Shown in pieces: positions 16,090 to 24,731 of a stretch of 32,000 bases of DNA. Each line of letters starts with the position of its first letter. Within the stretch, counting starts at the first letter, position 1. The notes under the pieces were generated by a model. The model was not told where the DNA came from, did not search any database, and saw only the letters and a program-made list of their open reading frames with translations. A program made the translations under genes and the position numbers. Origin of the DNA: Candidatus Saganbacteria bacterium (GTDB lineage: Bacteria; Margulisbacteria; WOR-1; JAKLHX01); contig JAPLKZ010000005.1 in the NCBI GenBank assembly GCA_026387835.1, forward strand, positions 90,001 to 122,000. Direction: 5' to 3'.

Positions 16090-16583
16090 ATGATGATGAC
16101 AAGAAAATCGAAAGATTATTCGCCAAGTTACAAAAAGAACGCAAAGAGAGCGGATATTTTCTGAATCCTGACGAAGGTTTTACGAAGGACCTGCTCGCGG
16201 GCCTTATAAAGAACGAGGAAAGATACGGATATCAGTCCTGTCCGTGCAGGCTGGCAAGCGGTGACAGGCAAAGAGACCTTGATATTATCTGCCCGTGCGA
16301 TTACAGGGACCCCGATATAAACGAATATGGTGCCTGTTTCTGCGGTCTTTACGTGTCAAAAAAAGTGTTTGATGGGGAACAAAAACTAAGGTCTATTCCG
16401 GAAAGGAGAAAATACGTGAAAGAAACTGCAACTCAAAAAGAAAGCAAGCCGGTAAATATTTCAGGTCTTTCCTATCCTGTCTGGAGGTGCAAGGTCTGCG
16501 GTTATCTTTGCGCGAGGGATGAAGCCCCTGATATCTGCCCTGTATGTAAAGTGCCAAAAGAAAGATTTGAAAGATTTATTTGA
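16086..16583 (+). CDS. Ferredoxin:thioredoxin reductase catalytic-subunit homologue fused to a C-terminal rubredoxin-type domain, 165 aa
   Basis: Three CxC pairs (SCPCR ... ICPCDY ... ACFCG) typical of FTR catalytic subunits. C-terminal CKVCGY ... CPVCK rubredoxin knuckles. Confidence 0.8.
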   Translation: MNDDDKKIERLFAKLQKERKESGYFLNPDEGFTKDLLAGLIKNEERYGYQSCPCRLASGDRQRDLDIICPCDYRDPDINEYGACFCGLYVSKKVFDGEQKLRSIPERRKYVKETATQKESKPVNISGLSYPVWRCKVCGYLCARDEAPDICPVCKVPKERFERFI

Positions 16584-16687
16584 GAGCTTTGCACAATTAA
16601 AATAATAGATTAGTCATGATATAATTATTTCCGGTCATGAACTTCAGTCAAAGGTTCTAAACCTGCGACACCCAGACCCCGCTATAT

Positions 16688-17800
16688 ATGCACACAATAA
16701 TCGATTTTGAAAAGAAATGCTTGATCTTTGAAGATCCGAAAGAGATCATTTCCTGCCACAGAACTGCCGATGTTCCCGGCTGTTTCGGAGAAATGGAAAA
16801 AGCCGTAAGTTCCGGTTATTATCTTTCCGGCTTTTTATCTTACGAAGCGGGATATGCTTTCGAACAGTGTCTGGATGATAAGAAAGATCATGATTTCCCT
16901 CTTGTTCATATGGGAGTATATGACAAAAAAAGCGTTAAATTACTGCCAAAAAGAAAGATCAGGCCGGATAGCTTAGAGCAAAAGATCACGGATCATAAAG
17001 TCAATGTAAAGATGCAGGATTATTTCAGCAATATCAATGCGATACGGGATTATATCGCGAGCGGGGATGTCTATCAGATAACTTACTGCATTAAATTAAA
17101 ATTTGACTATTCAGCCGATCCTTTTAAGCTGTATGACCGGTTACTACATGATCAGCCGGTCCCGTATCCCGCGTACCTGCAGGCGAAAGATTTTACGATA
17201 TTATCTTTATCTCCCGAACTGTTCATCAAAAAAGATAAAGACAGAGTAACGACAAAACCTATGAAAGGTACCTGGCCGAGAGGGAGGAACAGACTTTCGG
17301 ATATCATCGCCGGCAAGAGACTTCATTTCGACCCTAAGAACAGGGCCGAGAACGTCATGATAGCGGACCTTCTGCGCAACGATCTCGGACGCATTGGCAG
17401 GGAAGTAAGAACGCCAAAATTATTCGAGGTCGCCGGCTACACCACGCTTTTTCAGATGACCTCAACAGTGACGGCAGAAGTTGACAAGGATATAAGTCTA
17501 TTCGAACTTTTTAAGGCTATACACCCTTCAGGATCAGTGACCGGCGCTCCTAAGATCAGGGCGATGGAAGTGATAAGGGAGATCGAAAAAGAAGAAAGAA
17601 AGATCTACACCGGAGCTATCGGCTATATCACTCCGCAAAAGGACCTGTTCTTTAATGTGCCGATAAGGACCATCCTGTTAAAGAACAAAAAAGGCGAGAT
17701 GGGAGTAGGGGGCGGGATAGTCTGGGACTCGACTCCAAAAGGCGAATGGGATGAATGCATGCTCAAGGCAAGTTTTATCACGCAACAAAAAAATAATTAG
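16688..17800 (+). CDS. pabB: Aminodeoxychorismate synthase component I-like chorismate-utilising enzyme, 370 aa
   Basis: SPELFIK, TKPMKGT, ENVMIADLLRNDLGRI, HPSGSVTGAPK and IYTGAIGY motifs of the chorismate-binding family. The short PabB-like length favours PabB over TrpE. Confidence 0.75.
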   Translation: MHTIIDFEKKCLIFEDPKEIISCHRTADVPGCFGEMEKAVSSGYYLSGFLSYEAGYAFEQCLDDKKDHDFPLVHMGVYDKKSVKLLPKRKIRPDSLEQKITDHKVNVKMQDYFSNINAIRDYIASGDVYQITYCIKLKFDYSADPFKLYDRLLHDQPVPYPAYLQAKDFTILSLSPELFIKKDKDRVTTKPMKGTWPRGRNRLSDIIAGKRLHFDPKNRAENVMIADLLRNDLGRIGREVRTPKLFEVAGYTTLFQMTSTVTAEVDKDISLFELFKAIHPSGSVTGAPKIRAMEVIREIEKEERKIYTGAIGYITPQKDLFFNVPIRTILLKNKKGEMGVGGGIVWDSTPKGEWDECMLKASFITQQKNN

Positions 17801-17803
17801 CGG

Positions 17804-19660
17804 CTAAATATCGATCTCCATCGCCTCGTCTTTTTCCTTTGTCACCTGTTCTTTTTCCAGTCTTCTCGTATAGAGCCCGTGTTCTTTGATATAGAAGAAC
17901 CATTTGATAAATGAGTCGATGACAATTATCAGGACAAGGACCAGCATCACGGCTGATAAGAAAGCGTTAAGATACCCGTTGAATGTCTGCTTCGGAAGAT
18001 AATTATAGAAAATATTCTCGATGCTTGCGTCGACAGTTGTTACAAGCATAAACAGCATGGGAATGAATGTCACAAGGCCGTAAAGTTTATTTTTATTATT
18101 TTTCATGATGACAGTGGTGCCTATGACAAGCGCCGTGGTCGCAAGGAGCTGGTTCGCAACGCCGAACATGGGCCATATCGTAGCGATATCCCCGTTATAG
18201 ACAAGATAACCCCAGGCCAGCACTACAAGGAAACTTGCGAAACAGACGCTCATCATGTTCTTTGTATCCCCAAGCGTTTTGGAAACTCTTCCGAATATTT
18301 CCTGAGTGATGTACCTGGCGACGCGGGTCCCCGCATCGACCGTAGTCAGGATAAATAAAGCCTCGAACATAATGGCGAAATGGTACCAATAGCCCATCAG
18401 ATTTTTCATCCCGGGTATACCCGAAAATATCTGCGACATACCGACAGCCAGGGAGACAGCGCCACCTGGTCTGGCAACGATATTTTCATGTACAAGGGAA
18501 GACAAAAACGGCAGGTTCTGGATGTGCATGCCGAGTTTGGCGAAGACTTCAGGAGTAGTGTTGATCGCGAAATAATCGGCAGGTATGAGCACGGTCGCCG
18601 CGATGAGCGCCATGAGCGCGACAAAACCTTCGACGAGCATCGCGCCGTAGCCGACCATCCTTATCTCTCTTTCATTCGATATCATCTTGGGCGTTGTGCC
18701 GGAAGCTATAAGAGAATGGAACCCCGAGATCGCACCGCAGGCGATCGTTATGCAAACAAAGGGCCAGACGCGGCCGGGGATTATCGGACCGCCGCCGAAT
18801 ATGAAAGGAGTGAACGCCGGCATCTGGATATTAGGGTGTACAAAAAATATGCCGATCGCAAGCAGTGCTATAGTCCCTATCTTTAAATATGAGCTCAAAT
18901 AGTCTCTTGGCGCCAAAAGGAGCCAGACAGGAAGCACTGATGCGATAAACCCGTATACCGGCAGGGCTAATGACAGCTGCTGTTTTGAAAAAGTAAAATA
19001 AGTTGCAAAGAAAGAACCCTGGATAAAATACCCGAAGAAAACACCTCCGAGAAGGACGACAGAACCTATAAGGGAAGCCTCGAGGATGGCGCCTTTCTTG
19101 AATGAATACATGTAATAACCCGTCAACAGTGCGGCGGGCATGCTCATTATGACCGCAAATGTTCCCCATGAACTTTCAGCCAGAGCGTTGACAACGACGA
19201 TCGAAAGTCCCGCGAGAGCGGTTATTATGATGAACAGGACCGCTATCCCGGTCGCTACTCCGGAAAGTTTTCCGATGTAGTCCCTGGCTATCTTGTGCAG
19301 AGAAAGGCCGTTGTGCCTGACCGAAGCAAAAAGAATAACGTAATCGTGCACGGCGCCTGCAACTACCGATCCGATGATTATCCATATCGCTCCGGGCAGG
19401 AACCCGAACTGCGCGGCGAGCACAGGTCCGATCAGCGGGCCTGCTCCCGCGATCGCTGCGAAGTGATGGCCGAAAAGCACCCATTTATTCGTTGGAAAGT
19501 AATCATGCCCGTCATTCAGCCTGTGGGCGGGTGTCTTTCTTGACGGATCAAGGGCGAGCACTTTTGCAGAAAGAAAAGCGCTGTAATACCTGTACGCGAG
19601 CGAAAAGACGCACAGAGCGATCAAAATAAGGACTAAAGAATTGATTGTTTGATACCTCAA
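17804..19660 (-). CDS. cstA: Carbon starvation protein A (peptide/pyruvate transporter family), 618 aa (TTG start)
   Basis: N-terminal [16 protein letters not shown] and [24 protein letters not shown] motifs. Polytopic membrane protein of typical CstA length. Confidence 0.9.
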   Translation of the reverse strand: MRYQTINSLVLILIALCVFSLAYRYYSAFLSAKVLALDPSRKTPAHRLNDGHDYFPTNKWVLFGHHFAAIAGAGPLIGPVLAAQFGFLPGAIWIIIGSVVAGAVHDYVILFASVRHNGLSLHKIARDYIGKLSGVATGIAVLFIIITALAGLSIVVVNALAESSWGTFAVIMSMPAALLTGYYMYSFKKGAILEASLIGSVVLLGGVFFGYFIQGSFFATYFTFSKQQLSLALPVYGFIASVLPVWLLLAPRDYLSSYLKIGTIALLAIGIFFVHPNIQMPAFTPFIFGGGPIIPGRVWPFVCITIACGAISGFHSLIASGTTPKMISNEREIRMVGYGAMLVEGFVALMALIAATVLIPADYFAINTTPEVFAKLGMHIQNLPFLSSLVHENIVARPGGAVSLAVGMSQIFSGIPGMKNLMGYWYHFAIMFEALFILTTVDAGTRVARYITQEIFGRVSKTLGDTKNMMSVCFASFLVVLAWGYLVYNGDIATIWPMFGVANQLLATTALVIGTTVIMKNNKNKLYGLVTFIPMLFMLVTTVDASIENIFYNYLPKQTFNGYLNAFLSAVMLVLVLIIVIDSFIKWFFYIKEHGLYTRRLEKEQVTKEKDEAMEIDI

Positions 19661-19796
19661 GAATATTCTATATATTTAAGGATGAATAATCAAGGATTGC
19701 CGGAGCTTCGCGGAAAGACATCATCTTACTGCTGAGTGAAATTCCCCAAAAATAACGCCGATAAAGAATTACAGAATTCTTTCGGGAGGTGTTATT

Positions 19797-21449
19797 TTGG
19801 CCATACAAAGAATATTAAAAGCTGCAGGCAAACAAGCGCCTTGCCATTTTCTCCAAATAAACAGACAGTCAGAGCACAGTGCTCTTTTGCGTGAAATGTA
19901 TGGATTTGAGACATTAAATATTCACGACCAACGAAGAGCGGTTGATTTTGCGGCGCAAATCGCATCTTTGATAGCAAAGCATCCAGATTCAAATGTCTTT
20001 GATCTGTTGGAATGTCCGGGCCTGAAAACATTTAGTAATGATCTGTTAGCGCCATTAGCATCTAAGGAGGAGGCATTCCCTTTGCTTGCCGCGGGGAAAA
20101 GAAACCCTGTTTATGCAGGGCTTCAACTGTTGATGATGGCATTGCCAAAAGAAGATACTCACGTGCACATAAGCAAGTCCATGCATGAGAGCGAGATCGC
20201 GCAACTTGTTATTGAAATATCCGAAAATGACAGACGCTTGATGCTGACAGGACTGAAGGGATTTTCTAGATATAAAGATGTGCTCGCTTTGGCAGGGGAA
20301 GGAGATGCGGCAGGTCTTGGGGCGGCTTTTTCCGAAGGGGGCTTGTTAACCAAAAAGAGAGAAAGAAAATATGAGGACTTTTATGTTGTAAGCCCTTTTG
20401 CCCTTGAAGAAGCGGCAAGAACTGCCGCAGTCAGAGGGCTCCAAGACGGGGTTGTCAGCTTCAACATCAGATTTAATCCCGCAAAAAGTCAATTGTTCTT
20501 TAAAAATCCCGTCCTGACCAGGGACCAGTGGATCACTGTTGTAAGAGGGACTTCGGAAGCTGTCAGGCGCGGCATAGAAAGGGCCTTGAGGGATGTCAGA
20601 TCCTCCGGCCTTTTGGGAGAGGGAATTGATCCTAAAATAGGGACTATGTTCAGCTTTAGCAGAGATGCAAGGACTTTTGCTATGCATGGGGTCTCCGACT
20701 GTTTGAACATGTCTGGGATGGCAAGGTTTTGCCTTGAAGTCGCAGGTGACCTTGCCGACGGGTTGGATATTTCCGGGCCTGAATACGCGTATTTGGATTA
20801 TTCCGCAGATAAAATAGATCCATGGGGAGAAGTTCTGCGGTTTGCCGCGGAATCCGGAAAACAAACAACGGCTCATTTGGGGGACATGAGATTTTCAGAT
20901 AAGTCCGCTACGCTTAGCCGGCTTTCCGCTGAGGCCGAGCGGATGCAGCCCGGGCATGATCTTGACAGTAAAGTGATCGAAATGATCCTGGCTTATCTCC
21001 CGTATGTTGAGAGGTTCATAGATATAATGCCGGAAGGCTGCGGTATAGGCCACGGATATATTTTTGACCCAGTATTTCTAGTCAGTCCTCTATGGGGACA
21101 TGGCAGGTTGAATGGCATTGATATTACACAGACTCCGGAAGGAATATATGTCGAAGACAAGATAAGGGTTTTATCACAGCGTGCAATATCAAAGGGACTT
21201 TCTATTGAGACCTGTCCGGCCGCAACACTAAGAGAAACAAACAAAAAAGCCGCGGTGTACGAACAACTTTCTCTGTATAGGTGGCTTGAATCCGGCTGGA
21301 AGTTAAAGCTCGGAACAGACGCAGGGGTCTTTAGTTTTAACAGGCCGAGAGTTCTATCTGAGACAATGACCAATCTTCTTTTAACTCGTCCCGCAGGAAG
21401 GGATCCGTTGACTTTTAGGCAGCTGCTTAGATTGGTAGGGTTAGAGTAA
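19797..21449 (+). CDS. Divergent adenosine/AMP-deaminase-fold (amidohydrolase superfamily) protein with an N-terminal extension of about 115 aa, 550 aa (TTG start after GGGAGGTG)
   Basis: Ordered ADA-like motifs: ALPKEDTHVHIS (HxH), VVSFNIRFNP, GLDISGPE, TTAHLGD (in place of HAGE), GIGHGY, IETCPAA, KLGTDAG (in place of NTDDP). Confidence 0.6.
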   Translation: MAIQRILKAAGKQAPCHFLQINRQSEHSALLREMYGFETLNIHDQRRAVDFAAQIASLIAKHPDSNVFDLLECPGLKTFSNDLLAPLASKEEAFPLLAAGKRNPVYAGLQLLMMALPKEDTHVHISKSMHESEIAQLVIEISENDRRLMLTGLKGFSRYKDVLALAGEGDAAGLGAAFSEGGLLTKKRERKYEDFYVVSPFALEEAARTAAVRGLQDGVVSFNIRFNPAKSQLFFKNPVLTRDQWITVVRGTSEAVRRGIERALRDVRSSGLLGEGIDPKIGTMFSFSRDARTFAMHGVSDCLNMSGMARFCLEVAGDLADGLDISGPEYAYLDYSADKIDPWGEVLRFAAESGKQTTAHLGDMRFSDKSATLSRLSAEAERMQPGHDLDSKVIEMILAYLPYVERFIDIMPEGCGIGHGYIFDPVFLVSPLWGHGRLNGIDITQTPEGIYVEDKIRVLSQRAISKGLSIETCPAATLRETNKKAAVYEQLSLYRWLESGWKLKLGTDAGVFSFNRPRVLSETMTNLLLTRPAGRDPLTFRQLLRLVGLE

Positions 21450-21464
21450 AAGGCATATAAAAAG

Positions 21465-21492
21465 GTCTGCCATTACGGCGGGCTTTTTGTTT
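21465..21492 (+). terminator. Intrinsic terminator candidate after the deaminase-fold gene
   Basis: 7-bp stem GTCTGCC / GGCGGGC (two G-U pairs), loop ATTAC, then TTTTTGTTT. It starts 16 nt after the stop codon. Confidence 0.45.
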
Positions 21493-21538
21493 AGTATAAT
21501 ATCTATTAATGAAAGTGATCAATCGTTGCTCGTGAAAA

Positions 21539-22048
21539 ATGCTAAACAAGTTAAAAGAAACATTAAAAAGCCATAAGAATATTGTCATTGTCGGGATAGG
21601 CAACGAGATGCGCGGGGATGACGGAGCAGGCATCTATATAGCAAATAAACTTCTTGGCCATGTACAGAATGCCGCTAACAACGGACAGAAAATACAGGTA
21701 TTGATCGGCGGGGCGACGCCCGAAAACCTTACGGGGACAATAAAGAAAATAAAGCCCTCCCATATCCTGTTGATAGATGCGGCGGAAATGGGGCTTAAGC
21801 CGGGCGAAATATCGGTGCTGGACCCCGGGAACATCACAGGAATAAATTTCTCCACTCATTCTTTCTCTCTCTCGACCTTTGCCGATTATCTAAAGCGGGA
21901 AATAGGGGCGGAGACCGTCATTTTGGGGATACAAAGCAAGAAAACAGGGCTTGAGGAGCAGATGTCGGAAGAAGTGAAAGAGAGTGCCTATAAAATAATT
22001 ATCGGACTGATCCCTGTTTTGGCTCAAGTCCGCGTTGATCAACAATAG
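21539..22048 (+). CDS. hycI: [NiFe] hydrogenase maturation endopeptidase (HycI/HyaD family), 169 aa
   Basis: VIVGIGNEMRGDDGAG, LLIDAAEMG and THSFSL motifs, which carry the metal-binding E/D/H triad of hydrogenase maturation proteases. Confidence 0.85.
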   Translation: MLNKLKETLKSHKNIVIVGIGNEMRGDDGAGIYIANKLLGHVQNAANNGQKIQVLIGGATPENLTGTIKKIKPSHILLIDAAEMGLKPGEISVLDPGNITGINFSTHSFSLSTFADYLKREIGAETVILGIQSKKTGLEEQMSEEVKESAYKIIIGLIPVLAQVRVDQQ

Positions 22049-22081
22049 ATCAATGGCGATGCGGAAAAATTGCAGGCCAGC

Positions 22082-22110
22082 ATTGAATCGAAAACTTTTT
22101 TCAAGTATAA
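22082..22110 (+). promoter_or_regulatory. Sigma70-like promoter of the hydrogenase structural operon: TTGAAT (22082..22087), 17-nt spacer, TATAAT (22105..22110)
   Basis: Near-consensus hexamers with optimal spacing, 28 nt upstream of the first structural gene. Confidence 0.5.
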
Positions 22111-22138
22111 TGAATTATGTTTTGTGATATAAAAAATA

Positions 22139-22378
22139 ATGATGCATATAATCTTACTGACAATGTTAGTCGTATCCGCGTTGCTTGCGGTATCTCTCAG
22201 AGACATACTTAAAGCGGGTATCGCGCTTGGTGTCCTCAGCATAATACTCTCGGTCCTGTTCTTTAAATTTGATTCTCCTTATGCCGCGGTATTCGAGCTT
22301 TCGATCTGCGCCGGACTGATCACCGTGCTGTTCACCTCCGTAGTCAGCCTCACACAAGACAAGGACGGACAAGACTAA
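22139..22378 (+). CDS. Hydrogenase membrane subunit, MbhD/DUF4040-like (resembles the N-terminal helices of NuoJ), 79 aa
   Basis: Three TM helices. AVFELSICAGLITVLFTSVV resembles the conserved NuoJ/MbhD helix-3 pattern. First gene of the operon. Confidence 0.6.
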   Translation: MMHIILLTMLVVSALLAVSLRDILKAGIALGVLSIILSVLFFKFDSPYAAVFELSICAGLITVLFTSVVSLTQDKDGQD

Positions 22379-22380
22379 AG

Positions 22381-22614
22381 ATGGATTACAAAAAATTGAC
22401 CTTTATCGTAGGATACTGCCTGTTCTTTTTGTCTTTTGCCGTGATCGCGGTATTACTGGCAGGGGCGGTCCCGGTCCCGCTTTTTCTGAAATGTCCGGTT
22501 GATTTCGGGACGATGCTCTGGAACGAAAGAAAGCTTGATGTGGCTGTCCAGGTAGTATTGATATTCGCGTGCGCGATGGGGATCCTCACCTTTTTCGCCG
22601 AAAGGAAAAAATGA
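22381..22614 (+). CDS. Hydrogenase small membrane subunit, MrpB/MbhE-F-like, 77 aa
   Basis: Two TM helices. Assigned from its position between the MbhD-like and NuoK-like genes and weak resemblance to the MnhB C-terminal region. Confidence 0.5.
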   Translation: MDYKKLTFIVGYCLFFLSFAVIAVLLAGAVPVPLFLKCPVDFGTMLWNERKLDVAVQVVLIFACAMGILTFFAERKK

Positions 22615-22617
22615 AAA

Positions 22618-22920
22618 GTGGCGCTTAATCCGGACATATTCACGGCGGTATTGATCTTCATCATTGGATTCGCGTGCCTGCTGAGCTCCAGGAACATGAT
22701 CAGGATGATAATCGGCATCGAGATAATGGCGAGGGCCGCCACATATTCATTCATCTATTTCGGGTTCCTCAATGGCAATACATCTTTAAGCCAGGCGGCC
22801 GTTATAACAGTGATCGTAGTTGAGGTCGTGGTGAGCGCTACGGCACTGGCTTTAATAATGAATATATATAAATCAGGCAGAACGCTTGATGTCAGGCGTT
22901 TGACGAAGCTGAAAGGGTAA
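22618..22920 (+). CDS. NuoK/MrpC/MbhG-like membrane subunit, 100 aa (GTG start)
   Basis: Three TM helices with a conserved membrane-embedded Glu pattern (MIIGIEIMARAA) typical of NuoK/MnhC. Confidence 0.75.
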   Translation: MALNPDIFTAVLIFIIGFACLLSSRNMIRMIIGIEIMARAATYSFIYFGFLNGNTSLSQAAVITVIVVEVVVSATALALIMNIYKSGRTLDVRRLTKLKG

Positions 22921-22921
22921 T

Positions 22922-24730
22922 ATGTTATACGCAGCGGTAATAATATTCCCGTTCCTCGCGGCGGCATTAGTGCCGCTGGCAAGTGTTTTCGGGAAGAGGC
23001 CGATGGAAATATTTTCGGTGATAAGCGGTTTTGTGATCGCCGGCCTGACGCTTTGCCTGATCCCTTTGATCAGGCAGGGGAGCGGGATCTCCGTCCAATG
23101 GCTTCCTAATATCGCGGTCGGGATGAACCTTGACGCGCTTTCCGTCAATATTGCCGTGATCGCAGGGACGATCGGGTCGCTTATAGTCCTGTATTCCGTC
23201 AAATACATGGAAAAAGAAGAAGGCGGGATGCGCTATTACAGCCTTACGCTGATGTTCATCGGCGCGATGATAGGGCTGGTTCTTTCCGACAATTTCCTTA
23301 CATTATATATATTCTGGGAGATAGTGGGCCTCTGTTCATACGCCCTGATCGGCTTCTTTTATAAAGACCCGAAAGCCGTACGGGCCGGCATAAAAGCTTT
23401 CATCACTACGAGAGTGGGTGATATCGGGCTTTTGATCGGGATACTCCTGCTTTTTATGTACACGGGCACGTTCAATATCAACCAGACAATAGCAAGTATC
23501 GGACAGATACCGCCGGTTATCCTGACAATAGCCGCGTTCTGCTTCATGGCAGGAGCGATCGGCAAATCGGCGCAGGTGCCGCTCCACGTGTGGCTTCCGG
23601 ACGCGATGGAAGCCCCGACGACGATATCCGCTCTCATCCACGCGGCGACGATGGTCAATGCCGGCATATACCTCATGGCAAGGACAGTCCCGCTTTTCGT
23701 TTCCGTTCCCGGATGGATGATGGTCCTCAGCTGGGTCGGCGTCATAACAGCGCTTCTTTCGGCTTCTATGGCGCTGGTAGAAAAAGACCTTAAAAGAGTG
23801 CTTGCCTATTCCACGATAAGCCAGCTTGGTTTCATGATGTTCGCGATAGGGGTCGGCGGTCTCTTCGCGTCGCAGTTCCACCTGATGAGCCACGCGATAT
23901 TTAAGGCGCTTCTGTTCCTTTCGGCCGGCGCGATAATCCACGAGGTCGGCACGCGTAATATGCATGAAATGGGCGGGCTTTTCAGCAAAATGAGGATCAC
24001 TGCCGTATGTTTCGGCGCGGGGACGCTTGCTTTGATGGGTATCCCGATATTCAACGGGTTCTTTTCAAAAGACCTTATACTTGCCTCGGCTTACTCTTCC
24101 GGAAGTTATCTTCCGCTTTTCTTTGCGGCTCTCGCGGCGGTATTTACTGTGATCTATTCTCTCAGGATGTACGGTCTTGTTTTTCTCGGGCAAAAAAGGA
24201 CTGACCATGCGACCGACGCTCCGTGGCAGATGACGCTTCCTTTGATACTTCTCGCGGCTGCTTCGCTCGTGAGCTGGATGCTTGTAAAGAACTTCAACAG
24301 GGCTATGATCTTTTCCGGCATACATGTGGAACATATCAGCTTTAAAGAGTTCTTTGCGGAAATGTTCGCGAGCCCGGTCACGCTGCTTACCCTTGCTGTT
24401 ATCACGGCGGGTATTCTGATCTTCTATTTCAGAAGTACATTACTCGAAAAGTTTTCAATGATACTGAGGCCGTTTTTAAAAGCCGCGTCTAACGGTTTCG
24501 GTTTTGACGCGTTTTACGGCCGTATCATCTCCGGTTTACTGGATTGCGCGGAAAATGTCCTCAAAGTGTTCGACGAGGGCTTTTTGAACGGGCTTAATTA
24601 TATGACAGGCAGGGCCTTTGTCCGGTTCTCTTCGGCGTTCGCCCTGACGCATACGGGAGAGCTCAATATAAATCTGATGGGGATGGCGGTCGGGGTGGCT
24701 TTTGTGCTGCTCATTATTTTCTGGAGATAA
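22922..24730 (+). CDS. NuoL/MrpA-like antiporter-type subunit with C-terminal lateral-helix region, 602 aa
   Basis: Proton-conducting membrane transporter motifs (WEIVGLCSYALIGF, GKSAQVPLHVWLPDAMEAPT, AYSTISQLGFM). The C-terminal GFGFDAFYGRIISGLLD...NGLNY stretch followed by a final TM helix matches the NuoL transverse helix. Confidence 0.9.
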   Translation: MLYAAVIIFPFLAAALVPLASVFGKRPMEIFSVISGFVIAGLTLCLIPLIRQGSGISVQWLPNIAVGMNLDALSVNIAVIAGTIGSLIVLYSVKYMEKEEGGMRYYSLTLMFIGAMIGLVLSDNFLTLYIFWEIVGLCSYALIGFFYKDPKAVRAGIKAFITTRVGDIGLLIGILLLFMYTGTFNINQTIASIGQIPPVILTIAAFCFMAGAIGKSAQVPLHVWLPDAMEAPTTISALIHAATMVNAGIYLMARTVPLFVSVPGWMMVLSWVGVITALLSASMALVEKDLKRVLAYSTISQLGFMMFAIGVGGLFASQFHLMSHAIFKALLFLSAGAIIHEVGTRNMHEMGGLFSKMRITAVCFGAGTLALMGIPIFNGFFSKDLILASAYSSGSYLPLFFAALAAVFTVIYSLRMYGLVFLGQKRTDHATDAPWQMTLPLILLAAASLVSWMLVKNFNRAMIFSGIHVEHISFKEFFAEMFASPVTLLTLAVITAGILIFYFRSTLLEKFSMILRPFLKAASNGFGFDAFYGRIISGLLDCAENVLKVFDEGFLNGLNYMTGRAFVRFSSAFALTHTGELNINLMGMAVGVAFVLLIIFWR

Positions 24731-24731
24731 A

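Noticed and set aside
16605-16645. Direct repeat of GTCATGA flanking a TATAAT-like sequence upstream of pabB
   Set aside because: These are 7-nt words in an AT-rich spacer with no supporting palindrome beyond the intrinsic TCATGA symmetry. That is insufficient evidence for an operator.
20346-20876. 176-aa minus-strand ORF (plus smaller ones) inside the deaminase-fold gene
   Set aside because: It is antisense to a CDS with ordered ADA-family motifs and has no recognisable features of its own.
23336-23965. 209-aa and 128-aa minus-strand ORFs inside the NuoL-like gene
   Set aside because: These are antisense shadow ORFs with a biased R/H/E composition. The plus-strand gene carries unambiguous family motifs.
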